A DNA stretch of 64,000 bases from Candidatus Freyarchaeum deiterrae (GCA_037305845.1 CP147778.1:2272001-2336000); one strand, 5' to 3'. Shown: positions 9,578-20,044, numbered from the stretch's first letter. Notes: generated by a model from the sequence alone, not told the origin. Numbers and translations: made by a program.

Positions 9578-11032
9578 ATGGTTGAAGATACTGAAACTCC
9601 CTTACCCGACAAGGAACAAAACTTCAGTGAATGGTATAACGAAATCGTCCAGAGGGCGGAGCTAGTAGATCTTCGCTACGGAGTGAAAGGATTTATAGTT
9701 TATCGCCCTAATATTTCAACTATCTTGAGGCAAACTTATCGCCTTTTCGAGGAAGCTCTAGATGCATATGGTCATTCAGTTTGCAACTTTCCAGTAGTAA
9801 TACCCTTGGAATTCTTTCAAAAAGAAGCTGACCACATAAAAGGATTTTCGGGAGAAGTTTTTTGGATAACAAAGGCAGGCGGTAGTGACCTCGATAAACC
9901 TATGTTACTGAGACCAACTTCTGAGACCGCTATGTATCCCCTTTACGCCTACTGGGTTCGAAGCTATCGCGATTTACCTTTGAAATTATACCAAAGCAAC
10001 ACCGTCTACCGATATGAAACCAAGGCAACAAAAGCTCTCATTCGGGGCAGAGAATTCTACTGGATAGAAGCGCACGATGTTCATAGAACGCCTGAAAACG
10101 CAATAAACCAAGTAAAAGAGGATATGGAAATAACGATTAACTCCCTACACGATCAGCTTGGTATTCCCTTTCTATTGATGGAAAGGCCTCCATGGGATAG
10201 GTTTGCAGGAGCAGACCAAACTTACGCCTTTGACGTACTTCTTCCCGATAAGAATGTCCTACAAATTGCCACCACTCACCTCCTAGGTGAGAATTTCTCT
10301 AAAGCCTTCGAGATTATGTTTGAGGATGAGGATGGAGTCAAAAAGTATGGTCAACAGACATGCTTTGGAATAGGCATCTCAAGAATAGTAGCTACCATTA
10401 TCAGTATGCATGGCGACAATTACGGACTAGTACTACCATTTCACGTCGCTCCCCTCCAAATCATAATAGTACCAATACCCAAAAAGGGAAAGAATGAACT
10501 CATAACTGAGAAGTGTGAGGAAGTTTACCAAAGACTCAAAGATAAAGGTTATCGAGTAAAATTTGATAACTCAGATGAACGCCCCGGAGCCAAATTTTAT
10601 CACTGGGAACTACTGGGTGTACCATTAAGACTCGAAATAGGTCCTAAAGACATAGAGCAAGGTGCGATAACTATTTTTAGAAGAGATAAAAGGGAACGCT
10701 TTCTGACAAAAGAAAGCCAACTAGTAGAAACTATCGAACAGCTGAGGGATGATATCTTAAAAGAATTAAGAACCCATAGAGAAAAAGACTTGGAAGAGGA
10801 CACCCGAGAAGCCAAAAGTAAAGAGGAATTTCTAGAAATCGCGAAAAACAAAGGGGGCTTTATAAAGATAGAGTTCTGTGATAACGTTAAGTGCGCGGAA
10901 ATAATTAAAGAAGAAACCGGAGGATACGAGGTAAGAGGCAAACTCTTTGGAGAAAAAGAAAAACCAAAGGGTAAATGCATAATCTGCGGCGAAAAAGCAA
11001 AATCAATAGTTTACGCAGCCAAGCCTTATTAA
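9578..11032 (+). CDS. proS: Proline--tRNA ligase (archaeal/eukaryotic type)
   Basis: LRPTSETAMY and YRYETK..IRGREF motifs, C-terminal Zn domain ending AKPY. Confidence 0.97.
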   Translation: MVEDTETPLPDKEQNFSEWYNEIVQRAELVDLRYGVKGFIVYRPNISTILRQTYRLFEEALDAYGHSVCNFPVVIPLEFFQKEADHIKGFSGEVFWITKAGGSDLDKPMLLRPTSETAMYPLYAYWVRSYRDLPLKLYQSNTVYRYETKATKALIRGREFYWIEAHDVHRTPENAINQVKEDMEITINSLHDQLGIPFLLMERPPWDRFAGADQTYAFDVLLPDKNVLQIATTHLLGENFSKAFEIMFEDEDGVKKYGQQTCFGIGISRIVATIISMHGDNYGLVLPFHVAPLQIIIVPIPKKGKNELITEKCEEVYQRLKDKGYRVKFDNSDERPGAKFYHWELLGVPLRLEIGPKDIEQGAITIFRRDKRERFLTKESQLVETIEQLRDDILKELRTHREKDLEEDTREAKSKEEFLEIAKNKGGFIKIEFCDNVKCAEIIKEETGGYEVRGKLFGEKEKPKGKCIICGEKAKSIVYAAKPY

Positions 11033-11131
11033 AAACTATCTTCAAATAGAAATCCTTAAAAAAGATTATTCCCTTAGAAAGGTCTTCCCTATTTTCCATT
11101 TTGTAAATTACCTGAAAGTTTCCAAACAAGA

Positions 11132-12403
11132 GTGATTATGTTGAAAGATTTACAGATCCCTTACGGCAAAAAAGAAATCAGATTTAACCTACCAAACAAC
11201 TGGAATCTGCTAGGCGTTCTCTCACCAAAGATAACCAACAAGCAACTTGATCCTTACAAGGCGGTACTGAAAGCGGTGAGAAATCCAATAGGAACCGAAA
11301 GCCTGTATGATATAGCACACAGAAAAAGGAATGCAGTAATCCTCTCAGATGATAAAGCACGCCCTACCCCCTCAAACCTTATTATTCCTCCATTACTGGA
11401 CGAGTTAAATCGGGCTGGTATTCCCGATGGTAAAATTACTATTATCATAGGAAGGGGATTGCACGAATCTCTGAATGAAAAAGAACTTGAAAAGAAGCTA
11501 GGTGAGAATGTCTTAGAACGGGTTGCTGTCATTGATCATGAACCAGATAAAGATTTAATTAACGTTGGAAAAACTCCTCAAAACGTGCAGGTATTCATTA
11601 ATAAAAACGTTGTTGAGGCGGACCTAAAGATAGGTATAGGCAGCCTTACACCTCACGAATTATCTGGATTCACAGGAGGCGCAGGAATCGTTGTACCTGG
11701 CGTGGCTGGAAGGCGAACCATTAATCAAAACCATTCTCTTGTTAAAAGGTTCAAGGCAGAATTCGGAAAAATTGAAGGAAATCTCATACGCAAAGATATG
11801 GAAGACGCAGCCAAGTTGCTTGGATTAGACTTTTTGGTAAATGCTACTCTGGACGTTAACGATCAGATAGTAGATATATTTGCAGGAGATGTGGTTAAGG
11901 CTTCCCATGAAGCGGTTGAAAGTGCTAAGAACATTTACGGTGTGCACATCGATAAAAAGGCAGACGTAGTGATAGCCAGTTCTCATCCAAAAGATGATAC
12001 TTTCGGCAAATCAATGAAAGCCATTTTCGCTTCTTCACTGGCAGTCAAACCAGACGGCGTTATAATACATGTAGCGCCCTGCTGGGACGGGCTGTCGCAC
12101 AGTGAAATTTTCGAGAAAATGTTACTAGACAATCCTGGACTAGAAACATTATTCAAGATATTGGATAGAGGACAACTTCCTGGAGAAAGCTGTGTACTCT
12201 ACCTGTTTGCTTTAGTTAAAAATAAACTTAGAATCATAGTAGTTACCGACGGAATAGAAAAAGAGGTCGTAGAAAAAATGGGTTTAGAATACGCTGAAAA
12301 CATAGAAACCGCCTTAAAAAACACTGGAAAAGAAAAAGCGGATTGTACCGTGCTGCCCTGGGGCGCTGTCTCATTACCTATTCTAAATAATTCGAGTGAG
12401 TAA
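11132..12403 (+). CDS. Nickel-dependent lactate racemase (LarA) family protein
   Basis: SDDKARPTP, GRGLH and PHELSGFTGG motifs. Confidence 0.85.
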   Translation: MIMLKDLQIPYGKKEIRFNLPNNWNLLGVLSPKITNKQLDPYKAVLKAVRNPIGTESLYDIAHRKRNAVILSDDKARPTPSNLIIPPLLDELNRAGIPDGKITIIIGRGLHESLNEKELEKKLGENVLERVAVIDHEPDKDLINVGKTPQNVQVFINKNVVEADLKIGIGSLTPHELSGFTGGAGIVVPGVAGRRTINQNHSLVKRFKAEFGKIEGNLIRKDMEDAAKLLGLDFLVNATLDVNDQIVDIFAGDVVKASHEAVESAKNIYGVHIDKKADVVIASSHPKDDTFGKSMKAIFASSLAVKPDGVIIHVAPCWDGLSHSEIFEKMLLDNPGLETLFKILDRGQLPGESCVLYLFALVKNKLRIIVVTDGIEKEVVEKMGLEYAENIETALKNTGKEKADCTVLPWGAVSLPILNNSSE

Positions 12404-12598
12404 TGTCCATTTTACATGTTTCAAAACTTATTCTATTCCCCTTTTCCTATATTTTCTTTTAAATTTCATTGGTATTTTTTATTAATTTCGAAACAAAATC
12501 TAAGTTTTATTATCCATCTCTTTTAAAAGCAAATATGTAACACTAAAATTAGTGAAATAATAGAATGGATAATATTGCATAAAGTGGAGGCTTTGTAA

Positions 12599-13926
12599 TT
12601 GCGCTTTTTTTCGGACTTGCACATACATAGCAAGTATAGTAGGGCCACCAGTGATAAAATGGATATTGAGAATTTGATAAAGCATGCCAAGGTTAAGGGA
12701 CTAAACCTGCTAAGTTCTGGAGACCTATCTCATCCAAAATGGTTATCCGAGTTGAAAAACAAACTGATAGAGATCGAGGATTCGGGATTTTTCAGGGCTG
12801 AGGGCGAAAATGATGTTTTCTTTGTTCTTTGCACCGAAGTGTCAACTGTCTTTAGACATGAAGGAACTTCAAAGAAGATTCATCATCTTTTGTTTGCTCC
12901 TAATTTCGAAGTAGCTGATAAAATGAACGAATTTTTAGCGAAATTCGGGAATCTGAAAGCAGACGGTAGACCAATGTTGAATATTACCCCCGCAGAACTC
13001 GTTGAGAATCTTATAAATATTGATGAAAGAATATTAATCGTTCCTGCACATTTATGGACCAGTTGGTTTGGTGCATTAGGTGAAAATGGTTTCGACAGTT
13101 TAGAAGACTGTTACGAAGATCAGCTAAAGCACATCTACTCTGTGGAAACAGGTTTATCCTCTGACCCGGCTATGAACTGGAGACTGAGCAAATTGGACAA
13201 ATACGTTTTAATGAGTAACAGCGACGCTCACAGCCCATGGGATTGGAGGCTTGGTAGGGAAGCAAACGTTTACGAACTAAAATCTCCATCCTACCGAGAA
13301 TTAACCGAGGCTATAAAAACAAAAGACAGGGAAAAAATTCTTATGACCATCGAAGTTGACCCCGCCTATGGAAACTAATTCGAAGTGAGTCCGAGTTAGC
13401 CATAAAATATCACTTCGATGGTCACCGCGCAGATAAACATCAAAGCGGTACGGACGTATACATGTCTCCAAAAGAGGCTATTAAAATAAGTAACATTTGT
13501 CCAATCTGTAGAAAGAAAATGACTATCGGAGTGCTACACAGAGTAGAAGAATTAGCTGATCGAGATGAAAATTATTTACCCAAAAATTATGTACCCTTCA
13601 AAAGATTAATTCCTTTGACAGAACTCATTGCGGCTGCTATGAGGATTGATGACTTGTACTCTAAGCAGATTTGGGAGATGTACTACCGACTTGTGAATTC
13701 TTTCGGTAACGAGTACAATATTTTAATTAATGTTCCCAAACCCGATATTGAGGCGGTGGTGGATCAGAAAATTGCTGATTTAATTATCAATAACCGAGAA
13801 GGAAGACTAAAGATTAGACCAGGTTTCGATGGGGTGTATGGAAAAGTTGTTTTAGACGAAAAAGAAGCTAAAGGTAAAGGCTTTAAACAGCTGGAGCAGA
13901 AAAGTCTGGATGGATATTTTAAATAA
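12599..13926 (+). CDS. EndoQ/TIGR00375-family PHP-domain endonuclease, two exons (12599-13373 and 13406-13926), 431 aa after splicing
   Basis: DLHIHSKYSRATS, ETGLSSD and NSDAHS motifs. The joined sequence reads EVDPAYGKYHFDGHR...CPICRKKMTIGVLHRVEELADR...PGFDGVYG. Confidence 0.9.
13374..13405 (+). other. Putative 32-nt bulge-helix-bulge mRNA intron in the EndoQ-family gene
   Basis: ATGG-[AAA]-CTAATTCG-loop-CGAGTTAG-CCAT-[AAA]. Canonical cuts give TAT GGA AAA TAT CAC (YGKYH). A 13-bp perfect exon-exon stem pairs 13344-13356 with 13412-13424. Confidence 0.88.
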
Positions 13927-14171
13927 AAGACTAATTTAAATAACTCTTCATAAATTTAAGAATATAATTAGAGATTATTTAATGGAAAAATTTTTCCCGT
14001 CTTTAATAGTTAACCAAAACAAGATTACTTTTAAAAAGCCATAATAAAAAGAGTTATTATAAACTTATTCCCAAAATATGCTAAAGACAAATAAAAAACT
14101 CGAAAATCATAAATTTAAATACTAAAAATGCATTACTATTCCATGATACAGCCGTACAGGAGGAAAAAATA

Positions 14172-14426
14172 ATGCCCAAGGAAGATGAGAAGAAAGTATT
14201 CTCAGATAAAGTAAAAATCAAGGCAAAAGAAGAACGCGTACCCATAATAGCTCCAGCAGAGTTTAAAGAAGGCGGCGCAATATCAGCTAGAATCACCTTT
14301 AAGGGAGACGAACAAATATCCCCATTTCTAAAACTAGCGGTTCTATTCCGAAAACCGGTAGTTTTTTACAACGATGTCTTCTACATACCAAACAGCAGCG
14401 AACTTTATGAATTAAAATCCCGATAA
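14172..14426 (+). CDS. Small hypothetical protein (84 aa)
   Basis: ATG preceded by GGAGGA SD. No family recognised. Confidence 0.65.
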   Translation: MPKEDEKKVFSDKVKIKAKEERVPIIAPAEFKEGGAISARITFKGDEQISPFLKLAVLFRKPVVFYNDVFYIPNSSELYELKSR

Positions 14427-14795
14427 GCTGGCAGCAATCAGAGTGAATTCATCAAGGGAAGAAGAAAATAAAATTTATTAAAACTCACCCTACTCTTCCT
14501 ATTTATTAATTATTTAACTACGTTCAAATTACTTTCTAAAAAATTAAAATAATAATTTAAAATTAATCTCTGGTTAAAAAGTACCCTATTTTTTTCAAAA
14601 CTAAACCTACTAGCATCTAACCAGCTTTAAATGCTATAACCTCAATCTAATTCATTAAATATAAAATCCCCATTTATCTACTTCTAATCCTCATTAAAAA
14701 ATAGTTTTACAAAGAATTACTAAAGAATATAACTCATAATATAAGGGGATAGGAGAAGCGCTAGGTAGAAACTTCTCCCTCGAAAAATTACCTAA

Positions 14796-15491
14796 CTATT
14801 CCTCCGAAGCAAACAGCTTCTTTAATCTACCAAGCTCTGTCATCATCGCATTCCTAAGATCCGTAATAGAGCCCGCATCCTGTTGAACCGCAGCTCCTAT
14901 CGCAGCCGAAGCGGCTACACCAGGTGCACCCATACTCGGCGGTCCACCTACTGCTGGTGTTCTACCCGCTACCGGCGGCATACCTGCTGGTGGTCTGCCT
15001 CCCGCTGATGGCGGTCCACCTATACTTGGCGGTGCGCCTGCTGATGGCGGCATACCTGCTGGTGGTCTGCCTCCCGCTGATGGCGGTGCGCCTGCTGATG
15101 GCGGCATACCTGCTGGTGGTCTGCCTCCCGCTGATGGGGGCATACCTGCCGCAGTTGCTGGTTGAGTGCCGGTTTTGGTAGAGAACATACCAAATACATC
15201 ATCTGGTGCGGTTCTACTACTTAATGATTCTAGTGGGACGGATGATGATGACGATACTATTGTTTCCTGCGTTCCCATTGCTGTAGATTGAGGCATAGCA
15301 AGTTCGGAAGCTCCGAGGTCGACCTCCATTCCTTTCGCCGCTTTTGCGAGGTCTTTTTGTAGACTTTCTACCGATTTAGAGTAGGCTTCTTGTGCTTTCT
15401 TTAGGGATTCGATATACTTATTAGAAAAACTGAGCAGGGAGGAACAAGCCTTTTGAACGAACCGTAATAGTTTCTCTTCTTTCTTGGGCAA
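14796..15491 (-). CDS. Hypothetical protein: coiled coil, Pro/Gly-rich repeats and C-terminal helix with LKK
   Basis: 231-aa ORF with a GAGG SD-like site. Repeats AGMPPS/AGGRPP/AGAPPS. Confidence 0.75.
   Translation of the reverse strand: MPKKEEKLLRFVQKACSSLLSFSNKYIESLKKAQEAYSKSVESLQKDLAKAAKGMEVDLGASELAMPQSTAMGTQETIVSSSSSVPLESLSSRTAPDDVFGMFSTKTGTQPATAAGMPPSAGGRPPAGMPPSAGAPPSAGGRPPAGMPPSAGAPPSIGGPPSAGGRPPAGMPPVAGRTPAVGGPPSMGAPGVAASAAIGAAVQQDAGSITDLRNAMMTELGRLKKLFASEE
14974..15137. repeat. Coding tandem repeat with an 18-bp basic unit
   Basis: Exact 38-mer GGCGGCATACCTGCTGGTGGTCTGCCTCCCGCTGATGG at 14974, 15046 and 15100. Confidence 0.9.
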
Positions 15492-15742
15492 GTTTTAACC
15501 CTCTTATTATTTGTTTTTATATTGATGTTTCTTGTTTTTTTAATTCCCTATTATTAAGATATGTGTAACCCTTTTTAAAAACTCTTCGGCTAATGATTTT
15601 TACATTAGATGAAAAGTTTATTAGAGTATCGAACCTTTTAATTTTTTCACAGCTAATTTTTAATTTTTCTCTAATATTATATTCGCCTCGGTTTGTTATA
15701 TCTCTATTGTCTGAATTTTTATGTATATCTAGTTGGGTTTTG

Positions 15743-16801
15743 TTAATACAAGAAAATCCAGGCGCTAGAGATAAAGTATATTGATACTAGAATTATCATA
15801 TAAAACGCGTGGGCTGTTATTGTAGTGATTATTCGGTATTTTCTAACCTGAAGTAAGATACCCAGTGTAAACGAGAGAGCCAGATAAGAGGGTATGGCTA
15901 ATATGGCTGAAATTGATCCGACATACGGGGGAAATCCCAATCCACCTGCGTTTGTAGGGTACAGAAATATGTGTAAGGCTGAAAAGATTATTGCGGTAAC
16001 GATAAGTCCGGCCCATCTTCCAAAACCATTTTCCAGTCCTTGCTGTAGAAAGGCTCTGGTTGATATTTCCTCACAAGGCGCAACAAGTAGGATCATACTC
16101 AGCACGAGTAGTATGTACTGATAGAAGTAAATGCTCATAAAAGATGCATCATTTACACTGGAGAATAGTCTTGAGAGGTAGATGTCGATGGGCGAGTAAA
16201 GCCCTTCTAATGTGTAAGATGTTATCAACGACACTGCAAAAGAGATTATCATCATCAAACTTCCGCCGAGTGCTCCTACTATAACATCATTCCGAACTTC
16301 TTTCTTATCCTCAAAATCAAACCCAAGTTCCTTTATGGACCGACCTCTATATTTTAGAAGTAGAAGGGGTCCCACTAATAGACCGAGCTCAGCTAAGGTT
16401 ATAAAAACTAGAAACTCTGGACCTGCCACATAAATCGTTGAACCTAGAACCGGTAAAACTCTGTAGGCGGGTACCATGTATGATAGTATAGAAGCTGGTA
16501 GATCTCGAAAAATTAAAAGCACATTAAGTGCATCTGAGTATATGTATGATCCTATATAGGATAGTAGATTTTGAAGAAGGAAGAGCAGAAGAATTGAGGC
16601 TGTATATACTACTATAGCAGCGACCCAGCCCCAGGATGCATAGGTTCTCTGTTCACTTCTTTTAGAAGGTTTCCCCTCATAAGAAGCAACTTTGCCATTA
16701 GGATAATCCTCAAGTTTTCCTCCACAGTACCTACAAAACTCAAAACTGGTTGATTTGTACTTTACTTGACACCTGGGGCAGAAAAGGTCTTTCTTTATCA
16801 A
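15743..16801 (-). CDS. CPBP (Rce1/Abi CAAX-type) intramembrane protease with N-terminal zinc ribbon
   Basis: PCEEISTRAFLQ, FSALH and AHAFYM motifs. CPRC...CRYC at the N-terminus. Confidence 0.85.
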   Translation of the reverse strand: MIKKDLFCPRCQVKYKSTSFEFCRYCGGKLEDYPNGKVASYEGKPSKRSEQRTYASWGWVAAIVVYTASILLLFLLQNLLSYIGSYIYSDALNVLLIFRDLPASILSYMVPAYRVLPVLGSTIYVAGPEFLVFITLAELGLLVGPLLLLKYRGRSIKELGFDFEDKKEVRNDVIVGALGGSLMMIISFAVSLITSYTLEGLYSPIDIYLSRLFSSVNDASFMSIYFYQYILLVLSMILLVAPCEEISTRAFLQQGLENGFGRWAGLIVTAIIFSALHIFLYPTNAGGLGFPPYVGSISAILAIPSYLALSFTLGILLQVRKYRIITTITAHAFYMIILVSIYFISSAWIFLY

Positions 16802-17093
16802 TTTTGGACACCCTGAAACTATTTTTAAGATATTACCTATTAAAAAGGCAACTCTTCTACTTTTGAATTAAGCTGAGTTCGAAAACTTATTTGACATAGG
16901 AAGAACGGGTTTTTCAATATTTCGAAAAAGCTATCCAGTACCAATTTAACCTTATTTTTTCTCAGAGAATAGTGCGGATTTTCTTTTTCCTATTTAGAAA
17001 GAAATTTAAGATAGTACTTGTTAGTCTCGGTTGCTAACGGTCGTGCAAAAAGCAACCATATTCTCTTTAGATTATTTTTAGGAGGGACGCTTA

Positions 17094-17900
17094 TTGCAGG
17101 AAAATTTCGATAATGTTCTCAGCAACAATGAACAAGATGTTCACTTGGATGAGAATTATCTACAATTAAACGACTCTTTATCCGAAGCTACTAATTTGAG
17201 CGTTCCTGAGATGGAGGTTTTGTTACTCTTTAATAGTGATGATGCTAAATTGAGGGGTTTTTCTTTTGGTTTTCAGGGAATAAGAAGACGGCTGGATATT
17301 CATCAGCAAACTCTAGCCATAGCGTTAAGAAGACTTTTGAGAAAGAGAATAATAGCAAAAAATGATGATCAAGAATACTTTTTAACTAAACAGGGAGGAA
17401 ACCTAGTCTCAACCTTGTTTAATAATGATGAAGATGAATTAAGACCACTTCCTAATTCTGAGAAGAATGGATTGCCATCTTATGAAATCGAAATGAAAGT
17501 GAACCCAAAAAGGATGGAGCATAAAAAACTCGCAAAAGGACTTAAAGGAAAATGGTTTTCACACTATCGCTATGTCGGAAGCCTACTTAACGAGGATAAG
17601 TCAATGCTGGAATGGATTACCGACGATGCTCATTACTCTGCTCGAGTTAGCGCTAATGAGGATGGAGATGTTAGAGTAGGCGTTTCTGCATTCAAATTCT
17701 TTGAGGATATGAAATTAAGAGAGGAAACAATTAGGGTTTCATCGTTTATAGAAAAAAATATCAGAGAACTGTTTGGTGAGTCTCTAATTTATAAGAGTGA
17801 AATCGAAAGCACTAAGAACCAGCCTAGTTTAAATCCCACTCTACTGAACAAGTGGATAGAGGAAATCTACAAGTCTCAAATGTTGCAAAACTACTCGTAA
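17094..17900 (+). CDS. Hypothetical protein with winged-helix-like N-terminal domain
   Basis: FQGIRRRLDIHQQTLAIALRRL...YFLT pattern. GGAGGG SD. Confidence 0.65.
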   Translation: MQENFDNVLSNNEQDVHLDENYLQLNDSLSEATNLSVPEMEVLLLFNSDDAKLRGFSFGFQGIRRRLDIHQQTLAIALRRLLRKRIIAKNDDQEYFLTKQGGNLVSTLFNNDEDELRPLPNSEKNGLPSYEIEMKVNPKRMEHKKLAKGLKGKWFSHYRYVGSLLNEDKSMLEWITDDAHYSARVSANEDGDVRVGVSAFKFFEDMKLREETIRVSSFIEKNIRELFGESLIYKSEIESTKNQPSLNPTLLNKWIEEIYKSQMLQNYS

Positions 17901-17904
17901 AAAA

Positions 17905-19653
17905 TTAGATTAAAACATTAGTTACTTCTTGATTTATAACATCTATTAATCCTTTTTCTGTAATTTTTAAATCTGGAATAACAGGTAGAGATAGGAAGGA
18001 CATTGTCATAAAGGGTGATTCAAGTTCACAACCCATTTCCATTGCCGCTTTTTTGAGCTTCTTTCTTTTTTCGATGACTTTTTCAATGGATTCTGTGCTC
18101 ATCAGGCCAGCAAAGTTTAGTGCTATTTGGGCAATAACTTTTCCCTTGTTTACTACTACTATCCCTCCCTGCATTTCGAATATTTCATTAACCGCTTTAG
18201 CCATATCATTCCAATTCGTCCCGACTATTACAATGTTGTGTGAATCATGAGCAACAGTAGATGCGATGCTTCCTTCTTTCAAACCGAATCCTCTTACAAA
18301 TCCTTTTCCGATTTCTCCAGTAGCATGGTGCCTTTCAACAACCGCTACCTGAAGTATATCCTTCCGAGGGTCTGGCGTAACTCTACCATTTTCGACTCTT
18401 AGTTGCTCAGTTTCAGAAGTGGTAAGAAGCGAGCCTTCAGATATTCCAATCACTCTAACTTTCTGATTTTCTTTTTTATTGGTTTTAATGAGAAACTTAT
18501 CTGATTCTGGTAGTTTTCCGACATTTACACTTTTTTGTATCTCTGAAGAATACTCATAATCTGGAACATTAACTTCAAGCCTTTCATTAACTACAACGGG
18601 CACCCCTGAAACAATTGTCGTGACAACTTTCACTTTTTCAAGATCTTCGAGTAAAACTATGTCTGCACTTTTTCCCGGCGTTATGCTCCCTAACCGGTTA
18701 TCCACTCCAAGGTAACAGGCGGGATTAAGAGTCGCCATCTGGTAAGCTTTCACTGGTTCTAAGCCTTCCTCGATAGACCTCCGAATAAGAAAGTCAACTT
18801 CTCCCTTCTCCTTTAAATCCTCAGGGCTTTTATCATCAGTTGCTAGTAGACAGTTTCTTGTATCTAACCTCATTTCAATAATGGGCTTGATTAAAACAGC
18901 CAAATTTTTGGATGCTGATCCCTCCCTAATCATAAGGAAGACTCCCCTTCTCAACTTCTCAACCCCTTCATCCCCAGAAACTGATTCATGGTCTGAGCGA
19001 ATGCCGGTTGAGAAATAGGCGCAGAGCTTTTCAGCCCTAAGCCCTGGGGCATGGCCGTCTATTGCTCTAAATCTCTCCGCTGCTTTTATTTTAGCTAAAA
19101 CCTCCCTGTCACAGCTTAATACTCCGGGAAAATTCATAACTTCCGCTAGACCTGATACTCCCTTTTCATCTGCTAGTGCTAGAATATCTTTAACACTAAT
19201 TACTGCTCCCGAACTTCCCAGCTTCGGCGAGGCAGCGGGAACACTGCTTGGTATCATAACAAAAACATTAAGTGGAAGGTTTCTAGACTCCGCCAAAATC
19301 TCTCTTATTCCTCTTATTCCTCTTACATTTGCTATTTCATGGGGATCCCAAATTATCGAGGTGGTTCCGTGAAGAAGGCAGGTTTTGGTGAATTCTGTAA
19401 TCGTAATCTCACTAGATTCAACATGTATGTGAGAATCAAAAAATCCGGGTGAGGCAAATTTATTCTCTCCCTTTATTATCCTTGTTTTCTCTCCAATAGT
19501 GTGAGAGGAATCACCCACTAAGGCAATTTTATTGGATTTTAATGCAATATCTCCTGTTTCGATTTCGCCGGTACAAACATTAATTATGTTAGTGTCTTTT
19601 ATCACAATGTCTGCTTTTTTTTCTCCCAGAGCAGTCTTTATTATTTCCTCCAA
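17905..19653 (-). CDS. ade: Adenine deaminase
   Basis: DSHIHVESS, DPHEIANV, LAEVMNFPGV and STVAHDSHN motifs. Confidence 0.95.
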   Translation of the reverse strand: MEEIIKTALGEKKADIVIKDTNIINVCTGEIETGDIALKSNKIALVGDSSHTIGEKTRIIKGENKFASPGFFDSHIHVESSEITITEFTKTCLLHGTTSIIWDPHEIANVRGIRGIREILAESRNLPLNVFVMIPSSVPAASPKLGSSGAVISVKDILALADEKGVSGLAEVMNFPGVLSCDREVLAKIKAAERFRAIDGHAPGLRAEKLCAYFSTGIRSDHESVSGDEGVEKLRRGVFLMIREGSASKNLAVLIKPIIEMRLDTRNCLLATDDKSPEDLKEKGEVDFLIRRSIEEGLEPVKAYQMATLNPACYLGVDNRLGSITPGKSADIVLLEDLEKVKVVTTIVSGVPVVVNERLEVNVPDYEYSSEIQKSVNVGKLPESDKFLIKTNKKENQKVRVIGISEGSLLTTSETEQLRVENGRVTPDPRKDILQVAVVERHHATGEIGKGFVRGFGLKEGSIASTVAHDSHNIVIVGTNWNDMAKAVNEIFEMQGGIVVVNKGKVIAQIALNFAGLMSTESIEKVIEKRKKLKKAAMEMGCELESPFMTMSFLSLPVIPDLKITEKGLIDVINQEVTNVLI

Positions 19654-20044
19654 TCACATAAGCCACCTTTAATTTTCTACATAACTCCTCTGCAACGCAA
19701 TTTTAAAACAATTCGCCTTTCTTGGATTACTCCATTAAAAATTATTTGTATTCAGTTGACACACTTCTTTTTTTTAGAATTTCGAATTCATTACAGATGT
19801 TTCATTTAGCGTTTCAATTAGTAATTATTTATCTAATAACTCATATTAAATGAATCAAAATAATATATAATTAAGAATCATTCCTCATTAAAAAACCAAT
19901 CATGTATGTTAACTACCTTTTTTTCATAAATAGTTTAAAAAAATAAAAGTAAGACTTTAAAGAATTATTAGTCTAATTATAATTATAACACTCTAAAAAC
20001 TTACTTAGACTAAAGAGGAAGTAAAAGCGACGGTGAGCTGAGAA

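Noticed and set aside
13376-13378. Stop readthrough or programmed frameshift as the explanation for the split EndoQ gene
   Set aside because: The stop is TAA and the halves are in different frames. A frameshift would leave about 10 extra residues inside the conserved GKYH motif, whereas BHB excision restores it exactly.
13421-13455. Second BHB-like fold in the EndoQ gene (GTC-ACCG-cgc...CGGT-acg-GAC) over an apparent short insertion
   Set aside because: Canonical cuts would remove 22 nt (or 20 nt in the alternative register) and break the frame; it also competes with the 13-bp exon stem.
14974-15137. Repeats as a CRISPR array
   Set aside because: They are in-frame coding repeats with related, non-unique spacers, and no cas genes are present.
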